Shown: positions 14,631 through 25,060 of the stretch, piece after piece
Layout: the number at the start of each line of letters is the position of its first letter
Numbering within the stretch: the stretch's first letter is position 1
NCBI GenBank assembly: GCA_047967505.1
Contig: CM106538.1
DNA length: 64,000 nucleotides
Direction: 5' to 3' (one strand)
Origin: Dipteris shenzhenensis
Lineage: Eukaryota
The notes under the pieces: generated by a model
Seen by the model: only the letters and a program-made list of their open reading frames with translations
Told to the model about the DNA's origin: nothing
Database searches by the model: none
Position numbers and translations under genes: made by a program

Positions 14631-14677
<47 letters not shown>
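14489..14677. repeat. Two (GA)n microsatellites embedded in duplicated AGTACT-rich units
   Basis: GA runs at ~14489-14534 and ~14634-14676, each followed by aac.attgtactact.tcatatcata. Confidence 0.95.
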
Positions 14678-14679
<2 letters not shown>

Positions 14680-14984
14680 CATTGTACTACTGTCATATCA
14701 TATTTGTGTAATGTTCCTCTTTTTAATATATTGCACTTATTATTCAGAATAAGCCATACAAAATCAGAAGGCGCCATATAAAATCATAATGAGACATATA
14801 GAATCAGTCATATGATATTACGGAGCCCAAACGGCTTGGATACAATAGCTTTGTGCTACACTCCACACACCCCAATATACAACCTGGTCAGGCTTGGATA
14901 CATACAGTAGCTCTATGGCGCTACACTCCACACACCCCAATATACTATGTTCTAGGAAGGAATGACCCTAGAACATACGAGCGT

Positions 14985-16470
14985 TCAGCCCTTCTTCCTC
15001 AGCATCCTTGTTAGTAGCCGACCCGAGGGACTGTCGTCTCGGACATCTGAAGTTGCTATTTCTTCTTGGCCATACCCTGCATCTATAAGGTCTCTAAAGA
15101 TGTTATCAGCCCTTTTTGCAATTCCATCCTGTAACTTTAGAGCAGAAGACTATATAGCTCTATTACACAGCTCTATTACACATTGATGGATCTGTAATGC
15201 CAGTAAAAAACAACCAACTATATGAGCACCATAATAGACATGACACATGATTCCTTAGCTTAGACATGACTAAGAATTAGTATTATTTTATCCAAAATCA
15301 ATTTTGGTACTGTATGGTTGAGCAAAAAAAAACATAAACGATAACATATAAAAAAGGACCATATATTTTATTGCATCGACATTGGCTATTTATGCACTGG
15401 TTAAAACAATGGCTCACCTAGTACTTTTATCAGCAAACACCAATACCATTTAATAGCACCAATACCATGTAAGAGCACCAATACATTTATCAACTCACCA
15501 CTAATTTTATCAGCAAAGTAACCAGCAAAGTCTGTATTATGAAGTAACCAGTACAAGTCTATATTTAGAAAGTAACAACATTTATATTCATCAATGTACA
15601 AGTCCTTTACAATCTGGCCTGCAAGGCCTAGTGTATGGTGGTATTGGTTTACATAAGGATTATGCCTAAGAATTTGTTGGCACATCTCATGTGGAAGGTT
15701 TGCTATTCTTTGTTGGATGATAAACTAATCTATGGGCTTTGGATCTTTAGTCAACAATGAAATGACATCATCAACACACCCCATGTCATCATAATCTTAG
15801 AAAAGATTGCAATGAATAATTTGGCTAGATGCTCACCACGAGCAGTTGCAATGCACTCAATCACATGGCCTTCATAAGGGTATTTCATTGTAAAGGTAGG
15901 AACACTTTCTATGGCATTTGCTAAATCCAATAAGTATGGGAGCAACTGATGTGATAGTTCATCATCTCATTAGGATCTCTTTCATAGGCGAAAGGAGTTA
16001 TGTAGGAATCGGGTGGATTTAATGCTGCTTTCAAAGGAGTGTCGTCAACCAAGAGTGTGTTCATGGGATCATAGTCAATGTCATGTGCAACCAATGCACT
16101 AAATGGCTTAAGCAGACACATCTCATCCAGTCATGTTGGGTGGCAAAATTCTTCCCTTGTACAACAATCCTCTTGTGCAAAGTTGAATAGGAACTTGAAC
16201 ACATCCCAATTTGCTTTCTATCAAAGACACTATGGAACTGACATTTCTCCTTGTCATACTACTCCATGTAGCCATCTCAAAATGCTCCCACAAAGATTTC
16301 ATGAAATTGATCAACTATGGGTGCAAAGAGATGACATGGTTGCCTAATTTATAAACATCACCACCTTGGGACATTTTAGGAGCAGTCCGCCACCACCTCT
16401 TTAACAATATTCCATTCAAATCAAAGATTAACTTTTTTTGAGGCAGAATATTTTTGAGCAGATAATCAAA
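14985..16470 (-). pseudogene. FCP1/NIF-like HAD phosphatase-domain gene carried inside the DNA transposon (disrupted, probably multi-exon)
   Basis: Translation gives KKLIFDLNGILLKR (DLNG at 16411-16422), HP*LINFMKSLWEHFEMATWSSMTRRNV and NTLLVDDTPLKAALNPPDSYITPFAYE, matching NIF/FCP1 motifs (DLNG, WSS, LxDDxPxK). A possible last exon at 14985-15191 follows a ttttttactggcattacag acceptor. Confidence 0.8.
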
Positions 16471-16609
16471 CGTTGTCCCAAGAACTACTTATCGGGAAGA
16501 AAACCCAGCCGGCAGTGTTTAGTGAGTGCAGAGGTTGTGGCTTAATCTTTGAGCCCACGAATTTGAAATTGTTGAAGAGGATTGGCTTCCCTACGAAGAA
16601 CTTTGATAT

Positions 16610-17290
16610 ATAGTACTACATGCTAGGTGGTGCTAATATTACTAAATGTTGAACAGTCCTAAATGCTAAATAGTACTAAATGCTAAATAGTGTTGAATAG
16701 TACTACATGCCAAATACTACTAAATGCCAAATAGTATTGAATGTTAAATAGTGTTAAAACACACAGTACTAGTAGCAGTGCTAGATAATGCTAAATAGTA
16801 CTAAATGCTTAGTAGTATTTAAACTTTTTAGCTATTCTTTTAGTACTAAATACATAGTACTAGCAGTGCTAGATCATGTTGAAACACAACTGTACTAGCA
16901 GTGTTAGATAGTGCCAAATAGTACTAAATGCTTATGCTTTTAGTACTAAATGCTAAATAGTACTAAATGCTAGGTAGTGCTAATATTACTAAATGCTGAA
17001 CAATCCTAAATGCTAAATAGTACTTAATGCTAAATAGTGCTGAATAGTACCCAAAATACTACTAAATGCCAAATACTGTTAAATGCTAAATAGTGCTGAA
17101 ACACATAGCACTAGCAGTGCTAGATAGTGCTAAATAGTACTACTGAATGCTAAATAGTGCTGAATACTACTAAATGCTAAGTAGTGCTAAATAGTACTAA
17201 AGTCTAGATAGTGCAAAATGTTAAACATTGCTAAATGCCAAATAGTTCTAAATCCTAAATACATAAACAATACTAAGTTCGTACTAAATA
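16610..17290. repeat. Degenerate tandem array of a ~17-bp unit (tagtactaaatgctaaa), with a higher-order ~350-bp duplication
   Basis: Many tagtact/tagtgct + aaatgctaaa units. The block at ~16620-16810 recurs at ~16967-17140. Confidence 0.9.
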
Positions 17291-17827
17291 ACTGACTTCA
17301 AATGTTCAACATGTACAATATTATATTACTCTATTGAGTAGACCCATGTCAATGTCCTGCCAGAAAATTCGAGGTGGAAATCAGAGTTCAAAAGTTTGAA
17401 AGTGGAAGCTGGAAATCAAAAGTTCAGAAGTTCAAAAGTGGAAGTGATAGAGTGCAGGTTCGAAAGTGAAACACCTAAGAGGAGACACAGTGCATGAAAA
17501 TGTGTGTATGAGCATGAGAATGCTTATAGGAGAATATCTTGTGCATGAGAATCTGTAATCAATAAATATATTACTACACATTGATTTGAGAAATCTCTCC
17601 ATATTGCACACTACTTAGTACTACCACATTCTTGCCAATAGTACATACACTGTAGCATGCTTTCACCCGAGAAGAGGGAGTAGGAGCAGAGGGGGATATG
17701 GGGGAGGAGAGAGTAGGAGGGGAGGGAGAAGAGGGTGGGATATGTGGAAGGAGGAGAAAGAGGAGGGGAGGAAGAGGGTGGGTATATTGGAGTGGAGGAA
17801 AACAGGAAGGGGTGATAGAGTAGGAGT

Positions 17828-18329
17828 GGTCACAAGGTAGAAATTAAATGCCAGGGGTAGGTAAAGGAAAAGGGCTTCACATCTAAACTTAAAGGCTTAG
17901 CAAAGGCCCTCTCCCCGGAAAAGTGACCTTATGAAGTGAAAACCCTACCTTCATTTTTCATATTGTATGTCGGATTAAACTCACACACCTCGAATGATGC
18001 GATGTCCATTCGATGATGGAGCATGGAACCATGTAGCATGTATGATGGTAATAACTCTTCCATTCTCATGCACCCACAAGGAGGAATGGTCACAAGGTAG
18101 GCATTAAATGCTAGGGGTAGGTAAAGGAAAAGGGCTTCACATCTAAACGTGAAGTCTTAGAAAATCCCCTTTCCCCAAAAGTGAGACCTTATGAAGGGAA
18201 AGCCCTAGTACCTTCATTTTCCATATTGTATGCCAAATTAAACAAACACATGAACGGGGTGGTGGATGATGGAGGATGAAACCATGCAGCATGTATGATG
18301 GTAATAACTCTCCCATTCTCATGCACCCA
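17828..18329. repeat. Diverged ~260-bp tandem duplication
   Basis: ggtcacaaggtag...ggggtaggtaaaggaaaagggcttcacatctaaac...cattctcatgcacccac begins at 17828 and again at 18088. Confidence 0.9.
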
Positions 18330-18771
18330 CATCGGCACGTCACTTATACAATTGCCACCTATGGCAGAGGTATTTTGCATGTCAACATCATCTAAATTAG
18401 GCAATCTGGTTACGTAACCATGCCATGTACATTCCATGTAGGAGCCCTTCTAAGGTATTACCTAGCCCTAAGGTTAATACTTATGAATAGGGTACTTGAT
18501 ATTAGTAATAGCCATGAGATACGTTAGTAGGATTAGTCATAGTTGTTAGTACATTTAGTTAGCATTAGTAATATGATTAGTTAGGATTAGTAAGTCATAT
18601 TTTGGATTAATAATAGAGGTATTAGTAGGATAGGTCAAGTAGTGCTAGTTGGGTTAGTAGGATTAATAGGTTATGTTATTAGTTAATATAAGTATTAATA
18701 TATTTAATATTAGTTAATACCTCAATCCAGATATTACCTAAATTTGATAGACTGGGTTATTTGCCAAGTGT

Positions 18772-21700
18772 ATACTACTCATGTTGTCATAATAAATGAC
18801 AACTGGCCCATCTGTAGACTGATGCATATCATAAGGTAGCTTATGCAACCAAGCTGCCTCACATGCAGCCATTACTGCACCCCTGTACTTAGCCTCTGTG
18901 CTCGACAAGGAAACTGTAGGCTATTTCCAAAAGAGAACACATATCCACTGGTAGGTCGTCTATCAGAAATACTACCCGCCCAATCGGCATCAGTGTATCC
19001 ATGCAACTGTATCTAAACCCCAGTCTCATAAAATAGTTTATACTGCAATGTGGACTTCACATATCTCAGTATGCATCTAGCTGCATCCAAATGTGGTTTC
19101 CTTGGAGCCTGCATAAACTGACTTACCAGCCCAACAACATAGCTCAAATTTGGCCTGGTAATAGTCATATAAATCAAACTTCCTACTATGCGTTTGTACA
19201 TAGTAGGGTCTTCCACCTTCATCTGTGCTCAACTTCACATTCTACTCCAAAGGAACTAAAATAGGCTTACAGTGTGTCATCCCATATTTGGACAGCATGT
19301 CCGATCTATATTGCCTCTGCAAGAGCCATATCCCACTTGTGGATCTAATCACCTTAGTGCCCAAGAAATAATGCAGCTCTCCCAAATCCTTCATCTCAAA
19401 CTTCTACTTCAATAGCATTTTCATATGAAGGATATCTTCATCACTATCACCTGTGATGATTAAATCATCAACATAAATGACAAGCAGTATAATGCCTTTC
19501 TCTGTTTTTCTCACATGAAGTGAGAAATCTGCCTTGGAAATCTGAAAGCCAATAGTGAAAAGATACTATCCTATCTTGTCAAACCATGCTCTGGGTGCTT
19601 GCTTCAAGCCATACAAGGCTTTCTTCAACCTACAAACAAACTCAAGATGAACAGCATGAACATAACCTGGTGGCTACTCCATATAGACCTCTTCTTGCAA
19701 ATCACCATATGCAAGAAAGCATTCTTTACATCCATCTGATGTAAAGGCCATCCCTTTGATGTAGCCATAGCAATGACTGCTCTTACGGTTTCCATCCTTA
19801 CAACGGGACTGAATTTTTCTTAATAATCAATGCCATATGTCTGTGCATACCCCTTGACAACTAATCTTGCCTTGTATCTGTTCACAGAACCATTTGCATT
19901 GTGCTTCGCCTTATAAACCCACTTGCGGCCAATTGCATTCTTATCTTTAGGCAAAGGCACCAATTCCCATGTAGCATTTGCGTCCATGGCTTTCTCCCAT
20001 TTTTCTTTTCCCATGGCTTGCTCAAAGAAGTGGGTTCTGGTTCATGTATCACTTTGACCATATAGGCATAGTGAATGGCTGTAAATCCATCATATTTCAG
20101 CCTATCCATAGGATACCTATCTCATGTAGACCTGTACAAAATAGGCTCACTACCAGGTGCTCTCAAAACATCCCTTGTCTTCGTTACTCCAGGTGTAACA
20201 GTAGAAGGAATATCCAACTCATCATCAAGGCTCTGTTTTGTGCCATTGGATTCACCATCCACATAAGAGTGACTTGCATTCACATCAACCATGGGCTGGT
20301 CTACTTTCTCTTTTTCTTTTCGTGATACTTGCATACCACTATCTGCATTACTTTGAGGACGTTCTCTTGATCTCAATCTGTTTGTCCAAGGGAAAGTATG
20401 TGAACCACTACTAGAGGACACTACAGATCCACTAATATTTTGTGATTGCTGCTATGAATTCTGTGCAGCATTACCATTTTGTGCATCTACATCATCAATC
20501 ACATGTACTGGTTTATACCAGCTGCTCATCTTATAAAAAACATCTTTGCTTACTGTAAACTTACGAGTAGAAGGGTTATAGCATCTATACCCTTTCAACT
20601 ACAAAAGAATAACCAATAAAAATGCACTTCTCAGCTTTTGGATCCAATGTGGATCTCAACTCATCTGGCACATGAACATAGGCAATGCAACCAAAAACTT
20701 TCAAATGAGAAATATCTTATTTCCTACCAGTATACTTCTCCTCTGGCGTCATGCCATGTATTGCTACAGTGGGAGTCCTGTTCATTATGTAGATTGCTGT
20801 AGCAACTGCTTCAGCCCAATAATAATCTCATAGGTCTTTTTCATTGAGCATGGCATGAGATACCTCTCCTATATGCCTGTTTTTCCTTTCTGCAAGTCCA
20901 TTTTGCTGTGGGGTATGACTGCATGAATATTGTTGCTTTATGCCATGCTCCTGCAGGAACCTTGCAAACTCATTTAAGAGGTACTCTCCCCCTCCATCTG
21001 ACCTTATGCATTTTATTTGTAGGCCTGTTTCTTTCTCAACTATAGCTTTAAAAGCTTTGAAATGCCCAAACACTTCACTTTTCTTTTTCATAAAATACAC
21101 CTAAACTTTTCTATTGTAGTCATCAATAAAAGTGACAAAATAATGATAGCCTCCAATAGATGCAGCTTTAGTAGTCGACACAGCAGAGTGGATTAATTCC
21201 AATGGCCTCTTACTCTCTTGAACATGTCTAGGAAATGGTTTCCTTGCTTGTTTTCCAAATTAACAGGCTTCACATACCTTATGCATTTTTGCAACCTTGA
21301 ACTTAGGCAATCCTACAACAATATTTTGAACTTATTAAGTCATTTTACATTAACATGACCAATGAGTTTATGCTAGATATCAATATCTACAACTACACCG
21401 GTCCCATGTGCAAACATTGTTGCACTCAATTCAAGCATGTTCGCATCCAATGTAAACATCCTGCCCTTCTTCTTCCATTTTGCTATCAAGTGACCTTTAT
21501 TTTTCATATCCTCAACAAAGCATTCATGAGGATTAAATCTGATTTGCAAGCCTTCGTCAACCATTTGACCAATAGAAACCAGGTTCTTGGTGATATTCAG
21601 ACAAAGAAATACATCAGATAGGTATTTCTTTTTTCTATCCTGCATAGACAAAGAAATTTCACCAATCTGCATGATAGGATGTGCAGTATCATCACCAGTC

Positions 21701-21797
21701 TCCACAAATCCTAGTCTTTTCATTTTTCTTGCATCCTGCATCTATTCTGCATGACCTGTCATGTGGTTTGACGCACCTGAGTCAACATACCACACAT
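18772..21797 (-). mobile_element. LTR-less degenerate Ty1/copia fragment (PR-INT-RT-partial RNaseH), same family as 34139-39648
   Basis: WYVDSGASNHMTGH, IRSDGGGEY, QQNGLAERKNR, RYKARLVVKGYAQTYGIDY and YMTITRP; collinear with 34730-37795. Confidence 0.95.
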
Positions 21798-22362
21798 TGA
21801 GACCAAACACATTAGCCATTTCTAGATTCCTGGGAGCTCCGAAGGCTTCAAATGGCTCCGTATGGGAGATCAGGTTTCCTTCCCTAAGGAATTGGGTCAT
21901 TAACTTGGAGATGGCTATGGGTCGGCTCCTTGAGGGATTCGAGTTCCCTATGGAAAACACTAGGGCACGTGGAGGTGGTGTGGCCCCCCTTCTTAGGGAA
22001 TTCACCAGGATGTGCATTGCCTCATTAGTTAACGCTATTTGGGTAGCTGGCGGAGGCGATGCCGTTGTGGATCTAACGGGATGTAGGGGTGGCCTTAAGC
22101 TCGCCTTAGTCATGGAATCCATGTAGTTGCTAGTATCAGCATGGGAACGGATGTGTTAAGGCCTCCATTCATTGGAGCAACATGTACGGATGGAAACAAC
22201 CATACTCCAGGAGGGGGTGGGTCATGGGGCATGGGAATGGTGGTTTCATGCAATGAGAAATAGGGTGGAGCCTATGGAGCCACATAGTTGATGAAAGTTG
22301 GTGGCACATGGATGGTTGGGGGTTCATAAGATGCCCCGCCTTGACAGCCTCTCGCATACCCT

Positions 22363-22620
22363 TGTTGAGAGTTCACGCTCAACATCATGTGATCATGTGT
22401 GCATAGCACCATCACGTGATCATATGTGCATAGCACTAACCTTATAGAGTGCTATAAAGGAAAGGGTTAGATCCCCTAACCCTAACCCTAAAAGGGTTTG
22501 TATATATTCTATTTTTTCAACTAATTCTAGTGTACAGTTAGTCATTTTGTGGTGTGCTCTCTAGCTGTGCCCTCTCTCCTCATCTCCACTCTTCTCCTCT
22601 CCCCTCTTCATATTTTGTCA
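22363..22620 (+). repeat. 5' LTR of C1
   Basis: TG...CA ends; matches 29419-29676 except base 2, by eye. Confidence 0.97.
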
Positions 22621-22632
22621 TGGTATCAGAGC
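22621..22632 (+). promoter_or_regulatory. Primer-binding site complementary to tRNA-iMet
   Basis: TGGTATCAGAGC directly after the LTR. Confidence 0.95.
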
Positions 22633-23879
22633 TCCCTTGTCTTCCGCTGAGACATTGAGTTTCTTGAGAGTGTGAGAGAGATTGTGAGATTGAGAGTTCT
22701 CTTGAGTGTTCTCCGTGAGAGTCCACTTCCGGTGAGAGATCTTCATCCATTCTATGAGAGGAATTTCCGTCCGTTCATCTCCTTTGAGTGTTTCTTGCTT
22801 GAGTGAAAGAGAGAGGGAGAGAAGCCTTTCAACTCAGCTCCAGCGACCCATGCAAAGCAGCAAGAGGCTTGTCGATTGAGGCATCGAGACTGAGAGCACC
22901 GTATGAAGGTAGAAAATCGAGCTCCAAAGAGCTCTTAGCTCCATCGCCAAGCCACCAGAAGCAGAGCTCTCATTGCCATCGCCAAGCCAGCAGAGCCAGC
23001 AGAAGCAGAGCTTTCATTGTCACCGCCAAGCCAGCAGAGGCGGTAGAAGAAGAGCTCTCATCGCCGTCGCCAAGCCACCATAGCCAGCAGGCGCAGAGCT
23101 CTCAAGGCCATCGTGAAGCCACCTTGTTCGCCAAAGCCAACGAATGACGAGCAGCTGGCTGGAGAGCGCTCCATGCAGCTGCGGTGGCACGGCGTGCGCT
23201 GCTGGACTGGGTTCGAAGGAGAGCTGCGAAGGCCATAGCCATTACGCAGACGGGTGCAGCAGCAGATTTGAGGACAAAAGCTTCGCCAAAACGGCGCGCT
23301 CGCCAAGCGTCAACTAGACAACAGCGGCAAATTAACCACAGCGTCACAGAGTTTTTTTTTCCCTTGCATCGCCACCAAACAGATCTGCTACCTCGTGAGC
23401 CTCTACGATAGTACGCATCCGCCTCCAAGCTCCATAGCCGAGACCCGCCGACCAGCCACGGAACGTGATCCACCGTTACGATCCAGAGATCCCACCTCAT
23501 GCTTGTAGAGATTCCCTTGAGGCCGCATGGTTTGTGCAGGTTCAGCCTGAGGACCCGAACGACGCTCTGCCATCGACGGGACCACGGCCAGCAGGCTAGG
23601 AAAGTCCTCCCCTCTACATACGACAGCTCTCTCAACGCGGCACCAGTGGCTCCTAAGCTCCATCAACGACGAGCGACTACGAGCGACAACAGTCCCTGTG
23701 CTAGCACTCCTCTGCCAACGGGCTCCAAGGCATCGTTTCCAAGCCTCTCCAATTCCTTGTCATCGACGAAGAAGACGACGGAATCCCGAAGATTCCGTCA
23801 GAATACTAGTAGATTCCGGCTTCCCAGAAAGAGACACGTGGCCTTATCCCCAACCTTATCCACCCAGGGTCACCACACA

Positions 23880-24290
23880 CACAGGTGTGGTCAAGGATCA
23901 GCCACGTGGCACCCTTATCCACACTGCCACATCATCACTGCCACGTTAGCTACCACGTCATCAGTGCCACGTCAGCACTGCCACATCAGCACTACCATGT
24001 CATCTACCACATCAGCACTGCCACATCATCAGGCCACATCATCAAGCCATGTCATCAGTGCCACATCATCCTGCTGACATCATCTGTGCCACCTCAGCAC
24101 TGCCACCTCAGCAGTCCAGTCAGCACTGACCCTCTGCAGGCACAGTCCCTTGCCAGGCACACTGTGCACACACTGCATGTGCACACTCCTGCCACCTCAG
24201 CACAGAGCTTCACTGTCACACCTCTTGCTAAGCACAGTGCCACATCATCACTGCATGTGACTCACAGTGACACATCATCATTGAGCACCA
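23880..24290 (+). repeat. Degenerate short tandem repeats (ctgccacatcatca / gccacgtcagca) in the long 5' leader of C1
   Basis: Numerous gccac(a/g)tca units; a homologous antisense region lies at ~49380-49740. Confidence 0.85.
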
Positions 24291-25060
24291 TTTGCACTCC
24301 TTTTGCCCCTCCACCTAGATCAAGTCATATCTCTTGATCCAGGAAGAATTTGAGGGTGCTCCAAAAAGGAAAGTCGCTCGATTTTTTGTGCTCTACGCGC
24401 TCGTTACATCACGCGCACATTTCGGTGCAAGTTACACTCACATTTGAGCCTCGCCGACAAAACCACTTCCTTCACACACATTTGCCTCTACATCGATGCA
24501 TCTGACCCAGCACTTAAAAAGAACAAAGGAAAAGGAATTATTTGCTGCTCTTTCATCGATCGACTGTTGGTTTAGATCTAGATCAGAGTAGACTAGATCG
24601 CCATAGAGGGGACGCTTTGAATTCCCCAAGTTGCCAATCTAAGCCATGCCCGAAATTCCCGACTAGTACCTACTCGGAGTCAGTCCATACACTCACATCC
24701 GATTTCACATCATTACATTACCTGAAACCTTACGTTCATCAGTTCACTGAGCAGACTTCAGAGTTCAGAGGCATTGCAGATTGATTTAGTGGGCAGATAG
24801 CACTTGATTTCACACACACATGCCACCATTGTAAAGCCTATTTGGCTATCTCACGGCATCGTGCACATCATTTTTCAGCCTTGTAAAACCTCTTGGCTAT
24901 TCCCGGCATCATTGCCACAAGCCTTGTAACACAGGTCAGATCTTATTTACTACAGTTCTATCTTCACCGATGGTACAGAGATTTCACTTGGCATCTTCAG
25001 GTATTTGCAGTTGATTCATACAGAGTTTTCAGGACACTTTTTGAGTACATTGTTTGCACC

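Larger units (their letters stand above)
11848..17666 (+). mobile_element. TIR DNA transposon (5.8 kb), defective, with a Sola2-like transposase remnant and a phosphatase-like cargo gene
   Basis: Perfect 20-bp inverted repeats GTGAAAGCATGCTACAGTGT (11848-11867) and ACACTGTAGCATGCTTTCAC (17647-17666), with weaker similarity further inward. The element interrupts a G/A-rich tract that resumes at 17667. No TSD is visible. Confidence 0.82.

Noticed and set aside
16610-17290. Repeat array considered as CRISPR-like
   Set aside because: The units are degenerate and contiguous with no unique spacers, the context is eukaryotic, and there are no cas genes.
21742-22122. ORF ending in the copia protease motif, as a novel fusion gene
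   Set aside because: It is a chance in-frame junction between host-element sequence and the broken copia fragment at 21797, and it stops right after the motif.
22803-24337. Several overlapping 80-190 aa ORFs in the C1 leader
   Set aside because: They arise from GC-rich, low-complexity repeats, are open on both strands, and are not preserved in the sister copy.
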